This document shows positions 41,501-56,679 of a DNA stretch of 64,000 bases, piece by piece; the stretch's first letter is position 1, and each line of letters begins with the position of its first letter. The notes beneath the pieces are model-generated. The model was not told where the DNA came from and ran no database searches. It was given only the letters and a program-made list of their open reading frames with translations. The translations under genes and the position numbers were made by a program. The stretch is from Paragordius varius (taxonomy: Eukaryota > Animalia > Nematomorpha): contig OZ176051.1 of assembly GCA_964247055.1 (NCBI GenBank), positions 11,036,001-11,100,000 of the forward strand. Reading direction: 5' to 3'.

Positions 41501-43369
41501 TTTATAAATATAAGAAAATATGTTTGAGTGAATGCGTTTTAGCAGATTGTCATCATTTTTTAGAATGTTGTAGAATTCTTCACAAGAATTTGTCAAATTA
41601 TATTTGACAGATAAAATGCCCTTAAAATTTCAACATTTAAATTTGATTTTTCCGATATCCACACCTGATTTATTGTGGAAAAAACGCGCTCAGTAGCAGC
41701 GTTGGTTCCAGGTAAAGATAGTGCGAATCCCACAATTTTTAAAATATTATTGTATAGAAAGTTTGTTTCAAAATGATGAAATATTTCCAACCATTTCTTT
41801 TCTACTGTATATTTTTCTTTTGTCCATAATTTAAGTTTTTCATTATTAATATATCTTTTAACTAATGATACTTAAGAAAAAAGATCATTTTCTGAAAGAT
41901 TACTTTTTGAGAATTTTTGGGAGCAGATATAATGAAATGATTTTTGAACATCGCACCAATTAAATTCTGATTTTTATTATCCAATGAAAAAATTTCATTG
42001 AATTGCGTCGTTCAGTCTTCCAAATAATCTTTACAGTTTGTATAATACATTTTCATATGGTACAGGATATCTTGGCGATTTATTAAGCCTTGTTTTTCTA
42101 AATTATTTATTATATTGCGGATGGTTAATGGTATAAAATTATTTTCTAACCGTTGTTGACATTGGAATTTTAGGTTTTCAACTTCATTGGCTACTTCGAT
42201 TGCCGAAATTTTGTCACCCTCTATAAATTTAATAACATTTTGAAAGAGAGAAGCCTGATTATGTAAGAATTCTAACCATATTTTTGAAGAATCACTTCCA
42301 AAAAATTTTTTAAAGTTGTAGGACATTTGTTCTGTTATAAAAAAAAGATTTTAAAGGATCATACATTTTTAAAATTCTTTCGATAGCTGGCATAAAAGCT
42401 AACCAACGAGCTTTACAATATCCAAGCATTTTTTGATATTGAACTTCTGCATTTTCACAGAATTCTATAAGCATTTCAACACCTACCGTTTATATATATA
42501 AAAATAGGAATATATTTTAACAACTACATTTTCCACAACTAGGGGTAACAAATCAGCCACTGTTTGAATAGCGTTATGTATTATATGCGCTGCACACACA
42601 ACGCCAATAATGTTTTGATTAAGATTATCTGCTAATTTATGAATATTATTTGTTCCCCTCCTTGCTTTTCCACCGAAGTTCGTATTGGAGTTGTTAGCGC
42701 AATATGCGATAATTTTGTCTTTTAAATTATTTTTTTCTAGAATATGCATTATTGAAGTAAATATTATTTCGAAATTTTCACCGGGTAGGGAAACTAAATA
42801 TATAATTTTAATTTTTACTCCGGTTTAATCAAAATATCTTATTAAAGTGGGAAATAATTCTGTTTCATGGTGATTTGATGCATCAAAGTATAGGGATAAG
42901 AAATTAATTTTCAGCAAATTTTTTTGTATTTCAGAAAATGCATGTGGCGAAAGGACATTGCACACAATGGCTTCAGCCTTTGTACGGGCACATGTAATTT
43001 TTTTATGGAATAAGGTGCGAATAACCTGTGAGGTACAGTCCATAGATCTAAAGGAATGATTGTGATTAACGGCGTGAAAAGATAACACGCACTCAGCTAG
43101 TGCCAAATTTTTCTTCCTCTCCAAAAGCGGTTTTTCGAAAAAAATCGCTCATTTTGTAAGATGATGCCGCCATATCTAAACATTTTTTATGTTTCTGTAT
43201 TTCCATATGCTTTGTAATATCATGCTTGCCGCCATGTGCTAGGGTGAATTCCCCCTCGCATATAAGACATTTAACAGATGATTCATTCTTTGTTTTTTTG
43301 ATCAAAGGAAAATCTTTCATTAATTCATCGTTGAATTTACAACCTTTTTTGTGCACATATTTATAAACT

Positions 43370-43920
43370 ACTATTAGTATAATAAATATTATATTACCTT
43401 AATTTTCTGGAATAAAAGTGTAAGGTACCGATTTGTGGTATCAATATGTCTTTTAAGCTACCGATTTGTGGTATTAATTTGGCTTTTTAATAATGTTGGC
43501 AAGTAATAAAACTAAAATATTAATATAATAAATATTATGTTACCTAAATTTCTGGAATAAACGTGTAAGGTACCGATTTGTGGTATCAATTTGTCTTTTA
43601 AGCTACCGATTTGTGGTATTAATTTGGCTTTTTAATAATGTTGGGAAGTAATAAAACCAAAATATTAGTATAATAATTATTATATTACCTTAATTTTCTG
43701 GAATAAACGTGTAAGGTACCGAATTGTGGTATCAATTTGTCTTTTAAGCTACCCATTTATGGTATTAATTTGGCTTTTTGATATGTTAGCAAGTAATAAA
43801 ACTAAAATATTAGCATATTAATATTATATTACCTTATCTGAAATAAACGTAGCTACCGATTTGTGGTATTAATTTATCTTTTAATCTAGAGATTTTTGGT
43901 ATTAACTTGGCTTTTTGATA
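43370..43920. repeat. ~146-bp tandem repeat, ~3.7 copies, upstream of the Blackjack transposase
   Basis: GGAATAAA.GTGTAAGGTACC recurs at 43409, 43554 and 43700 with a degenerate fourth copy; each unit has two ACCGATTTGTGGTAT subrepeats. Confidence 0.9.
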
Positions 43921-44583
43921 AGGATGACAGTAGTGGTAGGAAGGAAAGTGTATAATCATATGATATAAATTCGAAAAAAATAAATATTTTTAATTTAAAA
44001 ATAAAAAATTAAATTAAAATTTATATAGATTTTAAAGATATTCAATGTTACAAAATTTAAACGGATAAAAAAAATATATTTGTATAAAAAAAATTTTTTT
44101 ATTAATTGTGAAAAAGCGGGACATTTTAAAAACGTAGCGGGACGCGGGACAAAGTGTGAAAAAGCGGGACGTCTGGTCACCTTATTTATAGAGGATATTT
44201 ATAGGTGTGTTATTTTTGTTTCTTTGGCACTTCCTATAATTTTTACGATTTTCTTATTTATACCGTTTTTTAACAAATATAATTATATAGTTAACACAAG
44301 CATATAAATATTTATTATTGTCTGATGAAGTGCAATTATTTTCTCATTAAAATCCTTTTTAATTAATCTCATACAGCTGATTAAAATCGAAAATTCGGTG
44401 TTGCATTTATAAAATTGAATCTATATAAATGATTAATTTAGTATTATCAATGTTAGCAATATTTTTTAACACATTTTTAAAAACTTACATATGAAAAATC
44501 ATAAAAATAAATTAATATATAACCAATCCCGAAAATTTCATTTTACTTATTTATAAAAAATAGCTAGAAATATTTTACATTAC

Positions 44584-44656
44584 CCTTATTCTGGAATAAG
44601 AATATGATCAGTGCGAAAGATACAGTAAATATAAGGTTAGAACGGCTTAATATCAT
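44584..44656 (-). CDS. Probable first coding exon (signal anchor) of the sulfotransferase
   Basis: ATG at 44656 gives MILSRSNLIFTVSFALIIFLFQNK+G, then donor GTAATG (phase 1). This joins in frame to 31579 (G|AC = Asp). There is an in-frame stop upstream of the ATG. Confidence 0.65.
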
Positions 44657-45329
44657 AAGCACAAGAAAAGACAAAAATATTTTATTTAACCAATTTAATG
44701 TGTGGTGTTACCATATTGTAAACATTGATTTTATTAATTGAATCGAAATAATGATAAATAAACGCGTGTATATGGTAAAATTATTAATTATTTCTTTTGC
44801 CCACCAATAATTACCTTAAAGGGTTACCTTTTGGTTTTTTTATTACACGTAGAAGGTCTGTAAACATCCTATTACAATATTATGTGTTACTTACTGCGCA
44901 TATCAATTATAGTTATAAATAACCTATTGCTACAAATAAATATTTTTAACTTTCGTATTATTATTTTAACATAAAATTTCGTTCTTATTTTAACATAAAA
45001 TATTCGTTTCGTTAATATTAATTAGATATTTTTATCATTTATATCATGTTTGAATAAAAATAAACCAAAAAGATTTTAACTTACATTTTCGCTAGTACCG
45101 ATAGACATGAATGGTCTATGTCACAGAATTAACTTTTAAATCATAAAAAATCTATGATATTGGAAAAACATAAATATATATTTTGTATGTCATTTAAACG
45201 GTATCATTATACATAAAATCGCTGATTTTTTGGATTTTTTGTTAATTAACCAATATGATAGATTTGGTTATAAAATATTAATCTTAAATGCTTTAATCAT
45301 AACTTGGCAAGTAATTTCTTGATAAAATT

Positions 45330-45810
45330 AATTTTTTCAAAATCGATCAATGTCATATTATTTTATTTATAACCAGTGAAACTGTCAAAGAAATGTTGTC
45401 TTTGTTGAACACCTGTCCAAATAGGTGAATTAACAATTAATATTAAATTTTTATTAATAATACCATTTTTTACAAATATACAACTATCATAAATAACGCA
45501 ATTGATATAATATTCTGAAAAAGACTTATTTTCTGCCAAATTTACAATTTGGTAATCGCAAAGTTACAATCTAAAATATAGACTTTATAATGATTTTTTT
45601 AGCTATGGCGGTAATTTTTTTAAAATATGTTTTCGTGTGTTTTGATTTACGGCTTTTAATCGCCTTACTTTATTTGCTTCCTGTTTCGCCATAGCTCGTT
45701 GATAATTTTTTATAATTTTATGTGAAAAGCACTCTTCCGAAATACATGTAAGTCCATTATGATTTAATACTGGATGTCTTTACTTAAGCGCAAAATATGA
45801 CTAGGTCTAT
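45330..45810 (+). repeat. Copy B (left part) of the duplicated segment
   Basis: Matches 25400-26035; the homology resumes at 51852. Confidence 0.75.
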
Positions 45811-46118
45811 TTAGTACCTCAGTTTAGCCGCACATATGATAATGGATTTTTAAAAATATTGAGTTGGCAATTTAAAAAAAAACACGTAGATTCATTCGAT
45901 TTAAAGTGTATATTTGCTATTCATTTTTCATAATTTAGCAATAAGAGAACCAATTTTAGACTTTCTCTAATCCTACCTTGTGTGAAAAATCTTTTTTGGA
46001 ACAGTTGTTGATTTTAAAGCAACTGGATATGTGTAATAAAAGGGAAATTTTTATAAATAAATGGGCCAAGGGCCGTTTCTTTGAAAAATGAGTTTTCACA
46101 ATGGACTTTATAGCAGTT

Positions 46119-46348
46119 TGTTAAGTTAGATCCTACTGTCGTAGACACAAACGCACCTATATAATTGTAAACAATTATAACTCTTTGTGATATACCTAGT
46201 TAATGTTTATTGTAGCTTCAAGCAAAATAGCTAGTATATAATTGCTGTATTATAATATCATACCATGTTTTTGATTTCTGTTATTTAATAGATTCCTGTT
46301 TACATCGTTACTTCTACTATTCTAGGTTATATAGCTTTAGTTCCATTA
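46119..46348 (+). repeat. 5' LTR
   Basis: TGTTAAGTTAGATCC...TTCCATTA; roughly 92% identical to 50474-50703 by eye. Confidence 0.93.
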
Positions 46349-46359
46349 TTGGCGCGGTA

Positions 46360-47285
46360 ATGAACCTAGTAAAAATTTCTCTGGAAAGTTTTGATGAAAA
46401 GGAAAATTTTGACCGATACGTTTCGTACATTCAGCGAATGTTAGCTGCAAAAAACATGACGGCAAACGATAAATTGCAAGACGTTATTCCTCGCCTACGC
46501 AGGAATGTCGGTCACAAAAAATTCGAACAATTCCTGTTCCCAAATTCACTGGATAATACCACCTGGCCGGAAATCATTGAAGCCGGCAGGAAAATCTACG
46601 AATCGAATAGGACAAACATATTCCAGGCCAGATTAAATTTCGTAAAACTCCGTCGGAAAGAAAATGAAACATTTACGGGATTTCTGTTACGAGTCAAAAC
46701 CGAAGCCGCAAAATGCAACTTCAAGCTCGACATCGATGAAAAAATGCGCGAAGTGTTCATTGCAGGCCTGGGAGTGGAAAAATTAGAACTCGATCTATTC
46801 ACTAGATTCCCCGATGCAATGTGGGGAAACGAAGCTGTAACACTCAAACAAGTGGTAGACATTGCTCTCAACTATGAAAAAGCACATCAACTAACAACAA
46901 TAGATGGCCAGATATTGCAGACTACAGTTCGGAAATACCAAAACATGTGGCGATTCTGCGGGTTAGGTCATGTACCCGGCAGATGCCCAGCTTGGGGCAA
47001 ACAATGTTATAAGTGCCAAGGCTGGAATTACTTCCAACCGTGCTGTAGGAAGAAAAGGATTAGCAACGTTCAGCATGTCGAATCTGGAACCACCCCCAAG
47101 ATAGCAATAATAATAAATGGCAAACCAATACACATGATTATAGACACAGGTTCAAGCGTATCCATAATCGATTGTCAAGCGTGGGAAAAGATTGGAAAGC
47201 CCGAGTTGCAACAAACAGGCCCAGATTCGTATAGCTATGGTGGTCAAAGAATCAATTCCAAGGGTAGTTGCATGGTCACGGTACA
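46360..47285 (+). CDS. Gag-protease of the LTR element (open frame; reads on to a stop at 47400 through the rearranged junction)
   Basis: ATG just after the PBS; zinc knuckles CG..H..G.CPA.GK.CYKC...NYF..CCR; aspartic protease MIIDTGSSVSII; no stop or frameshift. Confidence 0.85.
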
Positions 47286-47388
47286 ATGCGATGGTGGAGT
47301 TTCTTCGGGTGAAATTGTCTTACCCATTATCTTTTCGCCTCCTTCCCTTGATCTTAGTTGGTCTGCGTGTTTTCGGATGATTTTGTTA

Positions 47389-49108
<1,720 letters not shown>

Positions 49109-49110
49109 AA

Positions 49111-50430
49111 TTGTCCCACATGCCGACAGAACCACAACAACAAGATACAGAAAGCTTTCAAACAGCAGAACATGTAAGATTACTCAATAGTAATCTATTT
49201 AATATAAATCGTGACCATATTAGAAACCAGACCGAAACCGACCCTGTATTAAAACAGGTAATAAGGGCACTAAGAACAAACAACTGGTCCAATAAAATAT
49301 TACATCCATTCAACAGTTTTAGAAATGAAATTGTAAATACATACTGGTTATTATATTGACATGATAGATTAATAATTCCCGAATCTCAAAAAATAAATAT
49401 CTTACAATTATTACGCGTCGGACACCCCGGATTCAAAACAATGTACGAAACAAATAGTGTTTTGGCACAATATGGAAAGCGACATAAAAAAAGTGGGTAG
49501 ATACGTGTAAAAAGTGTCAAGAAAACCGTCCGAGGCGAAAACTGAATCCCACATACAATTGGAACACGAATACAGCAATATAGGAGAGATTACATCTAGA
49601 TATAGCAGGCCCGATAGACAATTATTAATGGATAGTTCTTATTGACAGTTATTCTCGTTGGGTAGTTAAACTATCGAAAATGATATCGACCAAAAATATC
49701 TTAAATTTCCTAGACGAATGTTTCAGTCGATATTGATCTCCTAGTGATAGTAACCGACAAGGCGTCTTACTTTACATCAAAAAAGTCATGGAAACGGGAA
49801 ACATTAAACATATAACATCAGTTCCCTATCATCCAAAAACTAACGGAATGGTGGAACGGGTAATATATACCCTAAAAACACATTATCGGTCAGCAGAAGA
49901 CGATGACCCACATTCCAAAATAAATAACACGCTTTGGGGATACCGCACCAACATACACAGTGCTACAAATACATGTCCCGCTCAACTTTTCCTAAAACGT
50001 ACCCTACCCAATCCAATCACATGGCTACAATATAAACAAACAGACTTCTTAGACGATGTACCACCTAATCACGAATACCATGAAAACGAAAATATACATA
50101 AAAAATGAACTATCGAATGGATGGCGAGAAGGAATTGTAAATAAACGACTCGGATTACTCTCATATGAAATACAGAATGATAACAAAATCATCCGAAAAC
50201 ACGCAGACCAACAAAGAACAAGGGAAGGAGGCGAAAGGATAATGGGTAAGACAATTTCACCCGAAGAAACTCCACCATCGCATGACCTATGTGTTAGGTA
50301 CCCTCCGGCCACGACCGAAGACCCGACCTTACCTCCGCCTCAACCCTCGGAACCAATCATTGAGCTACCATCCCAAAATACACCCACCACAGCACCTACC
50401 ACTGACACTCATACAGAACGGCGATACTAA
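49111..50430 (+). pseudogene. Remainder of pol: end of RNaseH and integrase, disabled
   Basis: LSHMP (end of RNaseH), DPVLKQVI, VGHPG, LHLDIAGP, SVPYHPKTNGMVER; several stops and frameshifts. Confidence 0.88.
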
Positions 50431-50473
50431 TCCGACACCCACCAGATAAATATCAAGGACAGGGAAAGAGTGA

Positions 50474-50703
50474 TGTTAAGTTAGATCCTACTGTCGTAGA
50501 CACAAACTCACCTATATAATTGTAAACAATTATAACTCTTTGTGATATACCTAGTTAATGGTCATTGCAGCTTCAAGCAAAATAGCTAGTATATAATTGC
50601 TGTATTATAATATCCACACATGTTTTTGATTTCTGTTATTTAACAAATTCCTGTTTAATACATCATTACTTCTACTATTCTGGGTTATATATTACTTCCA
50701 TTA
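50474..50703 (+). repeat. 3' LTR
   Basis: Direct repeat of 46119-46348, preceded by the PPT. Confidence 0.93.
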
Positions 50704-51694
50704 GAGTGTTAATATATAAATTAAACATTATAATTGTTGCTAGTTACATAATATTTAGATACAAAATTTTAATTAAATACAAACCATAACATTAACATAT
50801 ATTTATTAATAATTAAGTATTTTTTCAGGACATTAACATGCATCCCTATTTCGTATTATACTCTATTGCCATCCATAAAATAAAATTATATTTTAATCAG
50901 AAATTCTAGAAATTATGTTTCACTAATATTTTTACATTTTCCTACCGAAAAGAATCAAATCCGCACATTTTACATATACCAAGATTGTCCCCTAATTTTG
51001 TATAAACTATTCATAATATCCCCCTGTTTTTTAAAAAAAGCGTTTTTTATTCTATTTTTTACTAACAATCTTTTATGCCATACGCTACTATTATAAAAAC
51101 TTGGATAATACTAATTAAGTTAGTTAACTAAATGTGTGCGGGTTTGGCGATTTTTCGATTCACTCTTAATATAATAATATTGCTAATAATAATCTTTCAG
51201 CTTGATCCTTTATAAAAATACGTCATTCTAATCTTCTAACTTTACTAGAGGTCTTAAACTTTTCGATTTTTTTCTATGATTTTAGTATTGAATAACAAAT
51301 TCACCCTTCAACCTTTTTAAAAAACAATCGTTTGAAATTAACGCAATAAAGAAAAATAATATATGCCATAAAGAAATATTTCTAATTTGTGATGAAGTGT
51401 ATTACCCCAAAAACATCTCTTTATTAATAGGGCGAATTATTGTTTGAGGGTAAATTAAATTGTTCAGGGATAAATTTGAGGTCTAAATTGTATATGCTAG
51501 ATTATGACATTAAAAATGTTATAAAAATTGTTGATTTCATATATTATATTTTTATTAATATATTTGCCAACGACCCTTTTCCCAAAAAAATAAATTCCGT
51601 TAATTTTGCTATTTTCTGATATTGAGCAGCAATATTTTTATCTTTAAGCTTAAAACCAAAAGCACCATAAAAGTCCCGATACATTTATCTATCA

Positions 51695-51696
<2 letters not shown>

Positions 51697-51764
<68 letters not shown>
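51697..51764. repeat. (TA)n microsatellite
   Basis: Pure AT run; explains the spurious YIYIYI ORF. Confidence 0.95.
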
Positions 51765-51766
<2 letters not shown>

Positions 51767-51851
51767 CAACAGTACATTTTTTGGTGGAGACTGAGTATAT
51801 AAGAAAATCTATAATAATTTAGTTTCAAAATGGTTGATCCTGAAGTTACAA

Positions 51852-54115
51852 ATGTTTGTCCTGATCTCAGATGGGCTAGTTAGTGTTTTTGAAAAAAATT
51901 GATGAAGCAATTTTAGGTTGTTTTGAAGCATATTGGAACACTTTGTAAAATTATGAAAATATTTCTACGATAAGTCTAAACATAACCATCTTTAAATTAT
52001 AATTTCTAAGATATTTTGTGAGACATTTTATACACTTTAAAATCAGACAAAACTAAATGTATCATTTAATGGTGATAAAAATGTACAGCATAATATGGTT
52101 TTCTCAGCATATACCAATAAATTATAGCTATAAAATATATTTTTACAGACGGATTTTTTTTTAATCATTTTTTTGATGTCATAATCAAGCGTATTATATA
52201 CTCTTTACCCGCCTACTCGGTTTTTGCATTTTTATAAAACTAGTCCATTTTAGAGCAGGCCAAAAATTTGAGATTTCGGAGATTACATTTAAATTTTGTT
52301 TTATAAAAATATTATTTCTCTTTTAGGAAGGTTATTACTACGATTCAAATGGGTCTTTCTGACCACATGCCTGTTTAAAATCAAATATTTCTATACAAGG
52401 AACAAATTGTAACCATTCCAAGTTTGCATTTATATAACATTAGATCAATAAAAATAACTTTGTTTAAAAAACTTGATATCTTATTTTATGCAAGGTAAAA
52501 TTTAGTCATCATGACATGAGGGCATTAGCTAACACTGCGTCCGAAATCGGGGGTATAAAATAACCTGAAAAAAATATATATATTCTGATGGGAAAATATC
52601 AGAATCCTTATCGTTTTTGGTTTTGGCTGTTACGAGTTAATGCACGCATTTGCGGTAAGTGCTCACCAAAAATGTAAAAATTCCACATAATAAATTATTT
52701 AGGCGAAAGCTAAATGCTTCATTCCAAAAAATATCACTAAAAATATCATAAACTACATAAGGAGGAAAACAATATAAATGAAAAATTTTAATTTTTGAAT
52801 GTGACCTTCGAAAATCGAAATTTTTTTGCTTTTCTAAAATGGGCTGGTTCTATTTAAATAAAGCAAACGAGAATGCGCGATAAAAATTATAAGGTTAAAT
52901 TAAATATAACACATATATAACAACAGGAACAAATGTTTTGATTAAAATTTTGAGGAGATAAAAATGTTAAACATGATCAAAATATAAAAATTGTTTTAAT
53001 GCCTTAAATAGTTTTTATACCGTTTCATTTGTCTTAAAATAGTATGAAATACGCTTCAACAAAATTTTACTAAAATTAAATTTTTGAAAAATGTATGCAT
53101 TTTCTTTAAAATATTTTTATTGTTATCAAAATTTAGAATTATTTAAAAACAGAAGCAAATGAATTTAAGACTTTTAGAGCCCACACTAAAATTTTTTTTT
53201 AAATATATTGTTTTGCTTGTATTTGATGGTTATTTTAATATTTTTTGAAATGAAGCGAAGCATCTAGTTTTTGCCAAATAACTTTAATTAAAAAATCCGC
53301 AAATTTTTCTATTTGATATGAAACACATACTATAAAAAAGTAAATAAATTTCTCATATCTCTCATAAGGGCCACAAAGCACCATGTTAATCCTCATACAT
53401 TTTCCTGTTAAAAGATATATATTTTATCAGGTTATTTTTTAGTGGCACTATGGAAAATATAAAAATAAAATTAATCACTTTTTCCGTTTATATCAATGTT
53501 AGATGCGAGTAAAATTACTTCAATTTTAGCGTTAGACATTATATAAAAATGTTTTAAAGAAATGGTGTCAAAGTAGTTTGATATCTAACTTTTTTAACAA
53601 TAATTTTAATTATATAATTTGGCTTATTTATATGATTTTTATTGGGATAGGAGCATAAATATAATTGTAACCGGTTCTTTCAAAAATATCAACATATAGT
53701 CGGTTAACCATATAATTTTGATGTAAAATAAAGCAAACACCAAAAGTTTATCAAGGAATAGATGTGGAATTGCCTTTCAATATGAATCACACCAAAAGAT
53801 AATATATTTATATCACTCGTATGGCCCATATGAGCACCATGATACTGATATATATATATATATATATTATTAATTTCCTTATTTTTTACAATAACATATT
53901 TGTTTAATGTATTATCGGTGCAATATATAATGACATGAAAATATCTTAATTTCTTGGTTAAGGACCCGTAGAATTAACACTTCATTACCTTTTCACTTTT
54001 TGTCCTTGTTTTCATATTTGGGTAATTTTATATGCCAGCGCATTTATTTAAAAAACTTCAGTTTTGAAAGTTATTTTAGTTTAAATTTAATTACCAATTG
54101 TTCTCATATATTACA
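51852..54115 (+). repeat. Copy B (right part) of the duplicated segment, containing a complete foldback element (~52590-53400)
   Basis: Collinear with 26038-29030. Confidence 0.8.
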
Positions 54116-54909
54116 AAAAGATTATATTGCAGCCTTGTGATTTCTAAAGTCTAAAATTGGGACACCACCAAAGCACGATTGATAGGAACGGCTGATATTA
54201 AAATCAAATTTTGGCTGGTAAAATGTAACCTGTAAGCTTTAAAACTTGAATTACATTTTTAAACCTTAACATACATTTATTTGCCTGTTACATTAGCAAT
54301 TTAATTTAAATTATAGAAAAAAAGTGACAAGAAAGTTTGAGATGAGGATGTTTTTACAATATCACTCCTCTGAGTATCAATCATGTACTCTTTTCTGATA
54401 CCCTTTCCTTCTTCTCTAATCATAGCATATTTTTATATTTATCTTATTACCTTGAATACTCAAGATATTTAAATTTCGAATCTCTCTAGGATATATGAAA
54501 CTATCCCAAAAGATTCTGAATAGTAGTATTATTGGCGGAGCTGTCTATTTTTAAGCTTTCCACTAATTTGCCCAGATACTGGCTTATTTTAACCATAGTA
54601 TAATTAAGACGTGATGTAAACTTTTATAATACCTATAATACTTTTGTTAACAATTTAGTCCAAATATTAAAACTTTGTTATAAATTGAAGCAACTAATTC
54701 AAAACCATAATGATATTATCAATTTAAATGCCTCCTAATGTAAATTATATAAATAGCCCAAACTCAATATAATTAATTTAAAAATCTATATTAAAGACAT
54801 ATTCATTTAAAACATAGCAAAATACCCTGTAATAATATATTAATAATTAAAGTTCATTATTAAAATCATTTAAATTTTTAAAATCATATAAATAAAATCA
54901 TATAAATTT

Positions 54910-56679
54910 TTAACACTTCGATTCAAATTGGGGTATCTAAATACCCCAGACTAAATTTAAGTTAGGATTTTCAAAAAACTACTTAAGGAAACGGTCCCAA
55001 TTTAAATTTATGCTTCTATCCTAATAAAAATTATATAAATATGCCAAAATATTTAATTAAAATTTTGTTTTTTAATAAAAGTTCCATGTCAAACTATTTC
55101 GACGCCATTTTGTTTTAAAAATTTTTTTGCAAAACATCGTCTTCATTTAATTTTAAAGGCAAAATCAAAGCTAATTTTTTATTTAAATTACATCTAACAT
55201 TGATAGAAATATAAAAAGCGGTTTATTTTGTATTATTTTTTGATTTTTCAATTGCACACATGTTACGTTGACTAAAATTTTACCTTTCGGTTTTAGCTTA
55301 AAATAAGTAATATCAAGTATTTTTGAATAAAATTTTTTATATATTTTGGTTTATCGATGTTATATAAGTGCAAAATTTTGCCCTGGTTTCGATTCCTTCC
55401 ATACTTTTTAAAGTATTTGATTTTAAACAGGCCTGGGGTATCCGACTACCCCAATTTTCGAAGGACTAAAATGAGTGTGTTGTATCCAAGTGTTAAAATC
55501 ATATAAATTTTTAACACTTCGATTTAAATTGGGGTATCTAAATACCCCAGACTAAATTTAAGTTAGGATTTTTAAAAAACTACTTAAGGAAACGGTCCCA
55601 ATTTAAATTTATGCTTCTATCCTAATAAAAATTATATAAATATGCCAAAATATTTAATTAAAATTTTGTTTTTTAACACTTCGATTCAAATTGGGGTATC
55701 TAAATACCCCAGACTAAATTTAAATTAATATTTTTAAAAAACTACCGAAGAAAACGGTCCCAATTTAAATTTATGCTTCTCTCCAGATAAATATTATATA
55801 AATATGCCAAAATATCTTGATAAAATTTTGTTTTGAAAAAAAAGCTCCATCTCAAACTAATTCGACGCCATTTTTATTTTGCAAAATTTTTGCAAAATAT
55901 CGTCTTTATTTAATTTTAAGGGTAAAACTAAAGCTAATTTTTTATATAAATTACATCTAACATTGATAGAAATAGAAAAAGCGGTTTAGTTTATATAATT
56001 TTTCAATTTTACAATTTGACACATGTCACGTTGACGAAATTTTTACCTTTCGGTTTTAGCTTACAATAAGTAATATCAAGTATTTTTGAATAAATTTTTT
56101 TATATATTTACGTTTATTAATGTTAGATAAGTGCAAAATTTTGCCATGGTTTCGATTCCTTCTATATTTTTTAAAGAATTAAATTTTAAACAGGCGGGTA
56201 TCCAACTACCCCAATTTGAATCGAAGGACTAAAATGAGTGTGTTGTATCCAAGTGTTAATAAAAGTTCCATGTCAAACTATTTCGACGCCATTTTGTTTA
56301 AAAAATTTGCAAAACATCGTCTTCATTTAATTTTAAGGGTAAAATCAAAGCTAATTTTTTATTTAAATTACATCTAACATTGATAGAAATATAAAAAGCG
56401 GTTTATTTTGTATTATTTTTTGATTTTTCAATTGCACACATGTTACGTTGACTAAAATTTTACCTTTCGGTTTTAGCTTAAAATAAGTAATATCAAGTAT
56501 TTTTGAATAAAATTTTTTATATATTTCGGTTTATTAATATTATATAAGTGCAAAATTTTGCCATGTTATCGATTACTTCCATATTTTTTAAAGAATTTAA
56601 TTTTAAACACGCCTGGTGTATTTAACTACCCCAATTTGAATCGAAAGACTAAAATGAATGTGTTTTATCTAAGTGTTAA
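54910..56679 (+). mobile_element. Cluster of three ~580-bp TTAA-specific (piggyBac-type) MITEs, one nested in another
   Basis: Units TTAA|CACTT...AAGTG|TTAA at 54914-55492 and 55515-56675. A third copy at 55677-56255 is inserted at an internal TTAA of the second, with the TTAA duplicated. Confidence 0.85.

Larger units (their letters stand above)
40528..44184 (-). mobile_element. hAT-Blackjack-type transposon, near full length, frameshifted transposase
   Basis: TIRs TAAGGTGACCAGA / TCTGGTCACCTTA; perfect TSD TTTATAGA (40520-40527, 44185-44192); subterminal GCGGGAC motifs at 44115-44170. Transposase fragments from 43356 to ~41590: BED-like CLICEGEF...H...H, LYFDASNH, CAAHIIHN, SLPGTNAATERVFS. 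Confidence 0.92.

Noticed and set aside
43370-43920. CRISPR-like repeat pattern (also the ~21-bp repeats at 29180-29290)
   Set aside because: No unique spacers, no cas genes, eukaryotic context; these are tandem subrepeats within transposons.
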